From IMG/VR virus record IMGVR_UViG_3300017913_002592, positions 1 through 50,773 of that record: a stretch of DNA of 50,773 nt; one strand, written 5' to 3'. The stretch's first letter is position 1; the number at the start of each line of letters is the position of its first letter. The notes below the pieces were generated by a model. It searched no databases, had not been told where the DNA came from, and saw nothing but the letters and a program-made list of their open reading frames with translations. Of this stretch, positions 9,024 through 16,436 are shown piece by piece. The position numbers were made by a program, and so were the translations under genes. The DNA is from a virus (Duplodnaviria; Caudoviricetes).

Positions 9024-9914
9024 CTATCGCTTGAATTGGGATTGTACCAATTCGTTATGTAGTTTATCTTGAGCATAGCTCATTCGTCTCCCCCTACTCG
9101 ACCGAACTAGTGAACGAACAATAGTTCTATTATCTTTCAGAGTTATAGTCTCTTCGTACTTTGTTGTAGGTAGTGGTGCTGTGTAAGAACTAGGTAAAAC
9201 ATTCATAGCATCTAACGCAGCTGCTGCGGCATTGTCCGAAGCTGCAAGAGCAGACTCTACCCCAATTCCCAACATCTCTTCGAGAGACTCTGTTTCTGGA
9301 TCGTTTTCTCCGTCCTCTTTAACGCGCTCACGATCTTCTTGTTCTTCTTCCTCGTCCGCCATTACTGCTTTGCGGTCGATTTCATCTTGTATATAATCTT
9401 CATCAAGTGGATCTGCTACATCCGGTATTTCAGGGATCGGAGGTATGAATCCTTCACAGTCTGGAGAGGACTGTGGATTGAAGCAGGGGTCGAAACGAAA
9501 ACTATATAAAACGGTTGCGTCTGTTACAGAGCCATCGCCGTCTACTTCAATTGAACCGTCTCCAAAACGATTTCCTAAAATATTTTGCAGCGGAATACTT
9601 TTTACAATTGTATTTGGAGGTAATCCACTCCAATCATCTGCAGATCGAAATATGTATTCTCCGGGATTTTGTGCATCTTCATTTTGCACATATACCCACA
9701 TATCATCTTCTATATTCTTCACTGTTGTATAGCGGTAAAACACATTTGTAACTTCCAGCCCCATCTGCTGAGGCAGTACGTTAGTCATTACCCAATTATA
9801 CCCGTCTGATGCCGCATTGAGCGACTGTCCAAAAACTATATCAGAGGAGTAAGAGAAGGGCGAGTAAAGCAGCAATACCGCCGCCAGCAGCCATCGTTTG
9901 TTTCTCTGTATCAT
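9024..9914 (-). CDS. Secreted acidic protein
   Basis: Likely start MIQRNKRWLLAAVLLLYSPFSYS; DPCFNPQSSPDC motif; Glu/Asp-rich stalk. Confidence 0.7.
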   Translation of the reverse strand: MIQRNKRWLLAAVLLLYSPFSYSSDIVFGQSLNAASDGYNWVMTNVLPQQMGLEVTNVFYRYTTVKNIEDDMWVYVQNEDAQNPGEYIFRSADDWSGLPPNTIVKSIPLQNILGNRFGDGSIEVDGDGSVTDATVLYSFRFDPCFNPQSSPDCEGFIPPIPEIPDVADPLDEDYIQDEIDRKAVMADEEEEQEDRERVKEDGENDPETESLEEMLGIGVESALAASDNAAAAALDAMNVLPSSYTAPLPTTKYEETITLKDNRTIVRSLVRSSRGRRMSYAQDKLHNELVQSQFKR

Positions 9915-10428
9915 TTGCAAACTCTTCTTCCGCAGACTTCTCTGCAGGCGCTTCGCCATTGTCTATTGCCCATCCTGCTTTTGCTTCTTCTCCAATCATT
10001 CCATTATATGGGCAAGGTGTTCCAGCATGCATCATTGCATCAAAAACTCTTTCGTCTTGACACATCATAGATACGGCAGCAACTTTCATGCCCATATCAT
10101 AAAGTGTCTTTGCGTTTTTGAGTCTTTCGCAATTTTCATCAGTAAACTGCGTACCGGTCGAGATTCCAAGAATCTGAGTTTGAATCGCACCTGCTACTCC
10201 AAATGTACACAAGTCGGAGTTCGAGGTGTTAATCGTGGGAGATATTGCTGAAGGAGGGGGAGACTTTAGAGTTGTTGTAGTATTACCATTCGTAGTGATA
10301 GTGCTATCCGTAGTGCTTTCAGTACGAATTACTTCTTGCGCATTCGCTTCGGCTAGAAAAAGGCCAAAAAATATAATTATTATGCCTATAACTAAGCTTC
10401 TAATCAGACTTGCATCCAAGTTATCCAT
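9841..10428 (-). CDS. Exported Cys-containing protein with C-terminal Gly-Gly hydrophobic tail
   Basis: N-terminal signal/TM, Thr-rich linker, four Cys, ends AAGGGIAALLALLLLL. Confidence 0.75.
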   Translation of the reverse strand: MDNLDASLIRSLVIGIIIIFFGLFLAEANAQEVIRTESTTDSTITTNGNTTTTLKSPPPSAISPTINTSNSDLCTFGVAGAIQTQILGISTGTQFTDENCERLKNAKTLYDMGMKVAAVSMMCQDERVFDAMMHAGTPCPYNGMIGEEAKAGWAIDNGEAPAEKSAEEEFANDTEKQTMAAGGGIAALLALLLLL

Positions 10429-10495
10429 TTTTTAAGTTTTGGTAGTTTCCTACGCTTAGGTGAAAAAATCCTCCTTAGGTATTTTTTATGAATAA

Positions 10496-10524
10496 ATTAT
10501 ACCGAGCTTGGAGTCAAATGTCAA
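10496..10524 (-). promoter_or_regulatory. Consensus sigma70 promoter of the secreted-protein operon
   Basis: TTGACA-17-TATAAT on the minus strand. Confidence 0.8.
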
Positions 10525-10599
10525 GAAATTTTTTTAAGCACCCTTTCGGATTTGACAAAAATACACAAGTTGTACGTGAGGGGTAGCGCGCGCGAACCA

Positions 10600-10618
10600 A
10601 ATGAGAATGAGTCTCATT
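10600..10618. promoter_or_regulatory. Fur-box-like 19-bp palindrome
   Basis: AATGAGA-ATGAG-TCTCATT, perfect 7-bp inverted arms, close to the gammaproteobacterial Fur consensus AATGAGAATNATTCTCATT. Confidence 0.6.
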
Positions 10619-10689
10619 ACCGCCCCCCCATACAGCACAGACCCCTGGCGGTCAAGCAATTTTTTGTGACATATTACCATTTTTATCTG

Positions 10690-10718
10690 TTGAGGTCATG
10701 GCTCAGGATGGGTATACT
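10690..10718 (+). promoter_or_regulatory. Putative first pre-early promoter (TTGAGG-17-TATACT)
   Basis: Correct spacing, upstream of a GAGGAGG SD. Confidence 0.5.
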
Positions 10719-10747
10719 AGGCACTTAATAAATGAGGAGGCTTTGCC

Positions 10748-10840
10748 ATGATTTGTCAACTGTTATTTGCTCTTTTTTGCGTCACTCTTTTTTCGGTTGT
10801 GGGCGGAATTTTAATGGCAAATTATTTTCACGATTTGTGA
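10748..10840 (+). CDS. 30-aa hydrophobic peptide
   Basis: GAGGAGG SD; MICQLLFALFCVTLFSVVGGILMANYFHDL. Confidence 0.55.
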   Translation: MICQLLFALFCVTLFSVVGGILMANYFHDL

Positions 10841-10850
10841 AATATTACCC

Positions 10851-10879
10851 TTTACTTTCTTGGGACATTCTGGGATAAT
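10851..10879 (+). promoter_or_regulatory. Putative promoter for the A2-like operon (TTTACT-17-GATAAT)
   Basis: Correct spacing; TG upstream of the -10. Confidence 0.55.
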
Positions 10880-10931
10880 CTTTTCATCGGTTAGGGGATG
10901 GGCCTCTGCCGAAAACACTAAGGAGGGCATT

Positions 10932-11243
10932 ATGCCTTACACTGAAAAGCAGGTTGCGGCACTGCAAAACGCCGCAAAGCAGCACGGTACGCTCAATGGG
11001 GAGCTTGCCGCCAAACTCGCAGCCGATCTCGGTCAGTCCAAGCGCAGCGTGATCGCAAAAATCAAGTCGCTGGATCTGCCCTACGCTGTAGCGGCAAAGC
11101 CCGTCAAGGGGACTCGCTCCACTAGCAAGGCCGAATATGTCGCGGCCATTGCCAAGGCACTTGACGCGGATGCGTCTACCCTTGCGGGTTTGGAGAAAGC
11201 TACCGCGCTTTCCCTTTCTGGCTTGTTGCAGGCGATCCGATGA
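10932..11243 (+). CDS. A2: T5 A2-like DNA-binding protein (copy 1)
   Basis: AAGGAGG SD; RSVIAKI...Y...KPVKG..SKAEYVAAIAK...LAGLEKA matches the recalled A2 pattern. Confidence 0.7.
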   Translation: MPYTEKQVAALQNAAKQHGTLNGELAAKLAADLGQSKRSVIAKIKSLDLPYAVAAKPVKGTRSTSKAEYVAAIAKALDADASTLAGLEKATALSLSGLLQAIR

Positions 11244-11440
11244 TTGTCTCGCTCGCCGCTTGGATCGGGGCCGTCTGCATGATGGCGGCCCCATTCATTA
11301 TAGACACCGACGCGGGCAAGCTTTTGGCGATCGCTGGATTGTCCCTCTTGACCTTGCAAGCTATAGCCACTCGGTGTTATAATCTGGTTTTACTTAACAT
11401 TGTCGGCATTGGAGGATATTTTTATGCGCTTTATCTATGA
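11240..11440 (+). CDS. Small multi-TM membrane protein
   Basis: 66 aa, about three hydrophobic segments; ATGA coupling. Confidence 0.7.
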   Translation: MIVSLAAWIGAVCMMAAPFIIDTDAGKLLAIAGLSLLTLQAIATRCYNLVLLNIVGIGGYFYALYL

Positions 11441-11897
11441 TTTGGACCACACTGTGATTGACTCAAGTCACCGTCAAGCTACTTTGTCAAATGGTGATCT
11501 TGACCTTGCACACTGGATTGAAAACAGCACACCCGAAAAGATAGCGGGAGACAAACTGCTACCGCTTGCGGATCACTGGAAAACTCAACGCGCTCGCGGT
11601 GCTGAAATCGTCGTCTGCACTGCTCGCGTTATGGGGGAAGCGGACTATCGGTTTCTAGCGGATCACGGACTGGTTTGGGATGGCATGATTTGCCGCACTG
11701 AGGGTGACAACTCTCGTGATGCGATACTAAAAGAGCGCGGTTTGCGAAACTATGCGGCTTGCGCTGGTATATCTTGGGCGCGATTTGTCCGGTTTTCTAT
11801 CATGCTCGACGATAACCAAACCGTGATACAGCACTTGACGGCTCGCGGACTGCGGGTTTATAATGCACTGGAATTAAACGCGAGGGCGGCAGCATGA
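11424..11897 (+). CDS. HAD-superfamily phosphatase
   Basis: GGAGG SD; YDLDHT (DxDxT), VVCTAR, K and MLDD motifs. Confidence 0.8.
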   Translation: MRFIYDLDHTVIDSSHRQATLSNGDLDLAHWIENSTPEKIAGDKLLPLADHWKTQRARGAEIVVCTARVMGEADYRFLADHGLVWDGMICRTEGDNSRDAILKERGLRNYAACAGISWARFVRFSIMLDDNQTVIQHLTARGLRVYNALELNARAAA

Positions 11898-12607
11898 ATA
11901 ACGCAAAAACTTTTCTGGTTCTGGACACTGAGACGGTCGGTCTTGAGGGTCACGTTTACGATATCGCCTGGGCGATTTGCAACAAGCGTGGTGAGGTTGT
12001 GCACACTCGCAACCATTTGGTGCGCGAAAACTTCACCAACCCCAAGCGCATGATGGGCGCATTTTATGCGGGAAAACTGTTTTCCCACTATGCGGAGATG
12101 TTGCAGGCTGGTGCTGTTACGCTGTTGCCTTGGGCTGAAATCTGCGCTCTGCTGGTTGCGGATTTCGAGGCTTTCGATGTTGATGTTGTTTGCGCTTATA
12201 ACGCGGGTTTTGACCTGCGCGTTATTCGCCAGACCCACGCTGATCTAGGCAATGGTGGGAAGGTATTGCCTCGCGCTTGTGATGTGCTGGACATCTGGCA
12301 ATTCGCCTGTGAAACCAAACTTTCACAAAAGCAATACCGCAACCTTGCACTCGCACAAGGTTGGGTATCGCCTGCTGGCAACATCAAAACGGGCGCGGAG
12401 TTTGCCTACCGTTTTGTTGGAGGTGACTGGGCTTTTGTCGAGGACCACACTGCGCTGTCGGATGTGTTGATCGAGGTTGCGATTCTGGCCGAGTGTTTCC
12501 GCCAGAAAAAATCTGTTCCCTACAATGTGGTAAACGGCCAGCCGTGGCGGTTGGTCAATCCGAAAGCTGGCGACGATGCCAACGTGCACGGCTCCAAGGT
12601 CGCGTAA
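11894..12607 (+). CDS. DEDDh 3'-5' exonuclease
   Basis: LDTET (ExoI), AYNAGFD (ExoII), HTALSD (ExoIII). Confidence 0.85.
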   Translation: MNNAKTFLVLDTETVGLEGHVYDIAWAICNKRGEVVHTRNHLVRENFTNPKRMMGAFYAGKLFSHYAEMLQAGAVTLLPWAEICALLVADFEAFDVDVVCAYNAGFDLRVIRQTHADLGNGGKVLPRACDVLDIWQFACETKLSQKQYRNLALAQGWVSPAGNIKTGAEFAYRFVGGDWAFVEDHTALSDVLIEVAILAECFRQKKSVPYNVVNGQPWRLVNPKAGDDANVHGSKVA

Positions 12608-12623
12608 TGTTCCACGTGGAACA
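12608..12623. promoter_or_regulatory. parS: parS centromere-like site
   Basis: Perfect palindrome TGTTCCACGTGGAACA, the Pseudomonas-type chromosomal parS. Confidence 0.8.
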
Positions 12624-12788
12624 GACCTGGGCCACGTCGCTACCTGCCTCCGGCCAGGCCGCGCTAAATTCGCTTGACATGGTGATTTTGGCGCGGCCGC
12701 GCCAGTAGTAGTACGACGACGATTTCTTTTGGTGGTACCTGGACGGGTGTGACCAAATTTGTGCGAATTGCTTAGTCTTTTTTAAGCT

Positions 12789-13115
12789 GCGCCGATTATA
12801 GTACAGTACCGATGCGATGTCAAGTGTTTTTTGCGGGTGCGGACCAAATTATTTTAATTTGTCTTGGTCTTGTAAAAGCGCCGCGCCGATTATACAGTAG
12901 TACGCCGACGATGTCAAGTACTTTTTGCACAATTCCCCAAAATAATTTGACGCGCAAGTCTCTCTTAGACCCCGTGCCCAACCCTGGTATTATATCATAA
13001 CCCAGGCGGGGTTGTCAAGGGTTTTTTCGATTCGGCCTGGAATTTGCGCCAAGTTATTCGACCCCGAGGCGGCGCCGATTATACAGTAGTATTGCGACGA
13101 TGTCAAGTACTTTTT
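12789..13115 (-). repeat. Array of four leftward consensus sigma70 promoters, three embedded in ~45-bp direct repeats
   Basis: -10/-35 at 12795/12823, 12889/12917, 12989/13018, 13078/13106; shared gcgccgattata...cgatgtcaagt. Confidence 0.85.
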
Positions 13116-13282
13116 GGGGTAATTCTGCATAATTTTAGAAGTAGAAGTCTGTGCGGGGTTGTGGTAAGATAAATTACGAAAATTTTGGACAATTGGAGAA
13201 AATAATTCTTGACACGCCGAGGTCGTGTGCGGCCCCCCGGAATTCGTTTGCGTTAACCTGGCGACCAATCCGGAAAAAGTTC

Positions 13283-13311
13283 TTGACAAAGTGCTCAGAT
13301 GCGCGTATAAT
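13283..13311 (+). promoter_or_regulatory. Consensus early promoter
   Basis: TTGACA-17-TATAAT. Confidence 0.85.
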
Positions 13312-13337
13312 AGTTACCATAAATCGGAGGACTATGC

Positions 13338-13526
13338 ATGAACGATACACAATTAGAAGCCTATAGCTTGTACGCAGGTATGCGTTTAGACGGTATGTCT
13401 AAGCTGGATGCATTCCTGTATACTATACAGTTGCTGCTTCCAAAGGAGGAGTACCCCAACGGATACGATGATGGTGCAATCGAATTATACTGGTGGCTGC
13501 GGGAGAAAGCAAAACTTGACGACTAA
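13338..13526 (+). CDS. Hypothetical protein
   Basis: GGAGG SD directly after the promoter. Confidence 0.65.
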   Translation: MNDTQLEAYSLYAGMRLDGMSKLDAFLYTIQLLLPKEEYPNGYDDGAIELYWWLREKAKLDD

Positions 13527-13956
13527 AGTAAAGTACATAACAAAAGCAAAAAATACATGGACTAAGCGTAAGCGACACCTTGTACGTCATGCTTTTCACT
13601 ATGCTTTTCGTAAGATGAATCTCTACAAACTTGATGTGCATATTGATTTTCGCCTAGTAGGGACGCCTTATGCCTCAGGTTCATGCATAGATGCTGATGA
13701 TAAGTATATTGTGCATATTGACGGGTATCAAGACGAACACGATATAGTGGAAACTCTGTTCCATGAGTTGCAGCACGTAATTCAATACGCTATGGGCTAT
13801 TTGCGAGACGAGGACGAAACTCGAGTATACTGGCTGGGTAGTTGGTATACTGGCGATTTCCAAGATACTGACAGCTTAGAGTACTGGAATGCACCTTGGG
13901 AAGTAGAAGCTCGAAAGGTTGGGAAAAGACTTCAAAAGAATTACTACCAAAGTTAA
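13516..13956 (+). CDS. Zinc metallopeptidase-like protein (HExxH)
   Basis: ETLFHELQHVIQY and PWEVEAR motifs; probable TTG start after GGAG. Confidence 0.75.
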   Translation: MTTKVKYITKAKNTWTKRKRHLVRHAFHYAFRKMNLYKLDVHIDFRLVGTPYASGSCIDADDKYIVHIDGYQDEHDIVETLFHELQHVIQYAMGYLRDEDETRVYWLGSWYTGDFQDTDSLEYWNAPWEVEARKVGKRLQKNYYQS

Positions 13957-13964
13957 AAAAGTTG

Positions 13965-13993
13965 TTGACAAGATGCTAAAACTGTTCTATAAT
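13965..13993 (+). promoter_or_regulatory. Consensus promoter
   Basis: TTGACA-17-TATAAT. Confidence 0.85.
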
Positions 13994-14038
13994 ATATTTT
14001 CAAAAGTTGGGAAACAAACATTTTCGGGAGAAAAATTT

Positions 14039-14365
14039 ATGTCTGAAGCTACTAAAGTTGTAAACTACACTGACGAAATGGTTGATGCTATCGTTGCTGA
14101 GTACGAAGCTGCCCCAGTTCGTGACACTGTTGACGCGCTGGCTGAGCGTTTCGGCAAGACCCCTCGCTCTATCATCGCTAAGCTGTCTACGCTTGGTATC
14201 TACAAGGCTCCTGCTCGTGTCACTAAGACTGGCAAGCCCGTAGTTAAGAAGGAAGCTCTGGTCGCTGAGATCGTTGCTGCCGTCGGTGTTGAACTGCCTT
14301 CCCTAGTCAAGGCTAACAAGCAAGACTTGGAAGCACTCGTTGCAGCTCTTGGCTCTAGCAGCTAA
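14039..14365 (+). CDS. A2-like DNA-binding protein (copy 2)
   Basis: NYTDEM...RSIIAKLS.LGIY...KEALVAEI...SLVKA; codon bias of a highly expressed gene. Confidence 0.7.
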   Translation: MSEATKVVNYTDEMVDAIVAEYEAAPVRDTVDALAERFGKTPRSIIAKLSTLGIYKAPARVTKTGKPVVKKEALVAEIVAAVGVELPSLVKANKQDLEALVAALGSSS

Positions 14366-14450
14366 GAGTTGTAGCCCAGGAGGTAGCCCATCTGCCTCCT
14401 GTTTCTTTTGTAAGTGCATTTGCTAAGTGTGCTTTCAAAAGGAGGATGCC

Positions 14451-14714
14451 ATGAAAAACAATTTTGTTGCTAAAAATGCACATAAGTTCAACCGTGCAAA
14501 CGTCATGGTTGATCGTAAGAAAGCTGCCAAAAAGTCTGGGTATGAACAAGACCAGGCCTGGCATTCTTTGGGGGAGTTTGAGCATAGTATCATACTCGAA
14601 TATTATGAAGCAGGCAATTGGGCTGGCTTAGAGGCTTATTGTAGTTGTGTGCTGCATCTGACCTCTGGTCAGTATCAAAGCCTTCTTCAGAGTTTGCGGG
14701 AGGGAATATCCTAA
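14451..14714 (+). CDS. Hypothetical protein with basic N-terminus
   Basis: AGGAGG SD; MKNNFVAKNAHKFNRA...DRKK. Confidence 0.65.
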   Translation: MKNNFVAKNAHKFNRANVMVDRKKAAKKSGYEQDQAWHSLGEFEHSIILEYYEAGNWAGLEAYCSCVLHLTSGQYQSLLQSLREGIS

Positions 14715-14923
14715 TGGAGTTTAGCGCATCACAAGGTCCCTGGAAGACGGTGATTGCCACACAAGCCGACAACAGGGTGGCTGTGATCCGCAAGATACCA
14801 CACCAAGGATTCCAAGTCACCATGGAGAATGGTGCACGTTGGCAAGGACAGTTTGGTGAGACCAATGTGGCATTTTTTCCAAGTCTCAGTAAGGCAAAGA
14901 AATTTGTAATGGAGGAAGCATAA
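14714..14923 (+). CDS. Hypothetical protein
   Basis: TAATG coupling; MEFSASQGPWKT... Confidence 0.6.
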   Translation: MEFSASQGPWKTVIATQADNRVAVIRKIPHQGFQVTMENGARWQGQFGETNVAFFPSLSKAKKFVMEEA

Positions 14924-15132
14924 TGGATGATGAAATGAAAATAGAAGGACTTCAACTGATTTTTGCTGACAATGGCGTAATTGTTGAATTTGATGGAAGA
15001 AATGCTGCTGGGGACTGGTGTAAGCGGAAAGAAGTATTTCCTACTTGGATTACTGCTTTTGAGCGTGCAAATACTGTCTGGGAGTCACGTTTCGATGGAT
15101 CTGTTTTTCAAAGGATTGATATTGACCAATAA
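14923..15132 (+). CDS. Hypothetical protein
   Basis: GGAGG SD, TAATG coupling. Confidence 0.6.
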   Translation: MDDEMKIEGLQLIFADNGVIVEFDGRNAAGDWCKRKEVFPTWITAFERANTVWESRFDGSVFQRIDIDQ

Positions 15133-15143
15133 AAAAATAGTTC

Positions 15144-15173
15144 TTGACTTTTTGTGGTTTTTCAAAGTATAAT
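15144..15173 (+). promoter_or_regulatory. Strong promoter of the ncRNA locus (TTGACT-18-TATAAT)
   Basis: Preceded by the phage motif AAAAATAGTTC. Confidence 0.8.
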
Positions 15174-15179
15174 ATCTTT

Positions 15180-15654
15180 TCAAATTTGGGGAAGCCAAGG
15201 ACGCTTAAAGCGCACATCGCTCGCGATAAGGCAGTAAAGATCCCGGTGAAAGTTGACTAGCCTATCCGGAGCCCCAACCCTTATTCTTGCAAGCCGTCAT
15301 GCTTGCATAAGCCCTCAGTAGCTATGAGGTGTGGTAATAGCTCAGCACCACAATAATCAAACTGCGGCTAGTTAGTGTAGTAACTATATACTCACCCGGA
15401 TGGAGCAAGCGGTATATTGTATCCTCCAGTATTCTTTTAATGGCAGTTGTTTACTGGGTCATCAAAAAACAAAAGCGGTCGTTGCGGAACTCATGAGACG
15501 TAACGAGGTATGACAGAGGCAGGAGCATACCATTTTCAAGTGTTATAAGAAATAGGGTCTACCTACTTAGACCCGCGAAGGAAGTAGGGGGTTGGTAAAC
15601 CAATAAAACTACCCTCAAATGGTCGGAGAGTTAACTGCTCTTCGGCCATTTTTT
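15180..15654 (+). ncRNA. Candidate ~470-nt structured non-coding RNA
   Basis: Own promoter and terminator, no credible ORF, more than ten hairpins and at least two potential pseudoknots. Confidence 0.65.
15617..15654 (+). terminator. Intrinsic terminator
   Basis: aaatggtcggagag/ctcttcggccattt stem plus T-tract. Confidence 0.85.
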
Positions 15655-15675
15655 ATGCGTGATTGAAAATAATTC

Positions 15676-15704
15676 TTGACATTTTTCTCAAAGTATGAGA
15701 GAAT
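15676..15704 (+). promoter_or_regulatory. Promoter (TTGACA-17-GAGAAT, extended TG)
   Basis: Same AAAATAATTC upstream motif as other phage promoters. Confidence 0.65.
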
Positions 15705-15773
15705 TATAAGAGTAAAAATTTGGGGAGAAAATTCTATGCTGAAATACGCAACGTACCTAGTAGGAGATAACTT

Positions 15774-16124
15774 ATGGGAGAAATAATCGATTTTGCATCA
15801 CGCAAGCGAACTCCAAAAGATCCAGAAACACGAGCATTGATGGATAAACTCCATACACTGCAAGATACTCTGGGTGAGATTTGGGGACACTTAGATGATG
15901 CCTATGCTAATCTTAATTTCATGGAAGAAGAATGTGGCAAGTTAGAAAAGTTCTATGACGAAGTAGTCCTGGAGCTTGCTAGGAAAATTGGTGGTGAAAA
16001 CATTCCCGTCGAGTTTCTAAACTACTCTAAAAATGTAGTACCAGAACTGCAATCAGATGGTACCTACAAGATGGTTATTAAAGAACCAGAACTGGAAATT
16101 ATTTTTACACCCGACGAGGACTAA
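15774..16124 (+). CDS. Hypothetical coiled-coil protein
   Basis: AGGAG SD; MGEIIDF start. Confidence 0.7.
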   Translation: MGEIIDFASRKRTPKDPETRALMDKLHTLQDTLGEIWGHLDDAYANLNFMEEECGKLEKFYDEVVLELARKIGGENIPVEFLNYSKNVVPELQSDGTYKMVIKEPELEIIFTPDED

Positions 16125-16127
16125 GTA

Positions 16128-16436
16128 GTGAATTATACAAAAGATCAAACTGAGTATATGATCGAGCGGTACAAAACCAATCCATCAAGGAATACGGTAG
16201 AGGAGCTAGCAGATGAATTCAGTAAAAGTGTTAAATCAGTCATTGGCAAACTATCACGCGAAGGCGTGTATCGCCGCGAGGTCTATAAGACTAAGGCTGG
16301 CGAGAACCCTATTACTAAAGTGGAGATTGTTGAAAGTATTGCCGAATGTTTGGGACTTGAGAGTGAGTCTCTGGCTGGTCTCGAGAAAGCTCCAAAAGCA
16401 ACTCTCAAAACAATCGAGAAAGTCCTATCAGAGTGA
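16128..16436 (+). CDS. A2-like DNA-binding protein (copy 3)
   Basis: NYTKDQ...KSVIGKLSREGVY...TKVEIVESIA...LAGLEKA. Confidence 0.7.
   Translation: MNYTKDQTEYMIERYKTNPSRNTVEELADEFSKSVKSVIGKLSREGVYRREVYKTKAGENPITKVEIVESIAECLGLESESLAGLEKAPKATLKTIEKVLSE

Noticed and set aside
12789-13115. CRISPR array
   Set aside because: The repeats are degenerate, irregularly spaced and decode as promoters; no cas genes
13150-13175. DnaA box in the putative injection-stop region
   Set aside because: TGTGGTAA is one base short of TGTGGATAA; no proper box was seen
15180-15654. tmRNA, RNase P, SRP or tRNA identity for the structured RNA
   Set aside because: No TTCRA T-arm or CCA end, no GAGGAAAGUCC P4 motif, and the SRP-like GAAGGAAG at 15577 lacks the CAGG/AGCA symmetric loop and is better explained by the pseudoknot
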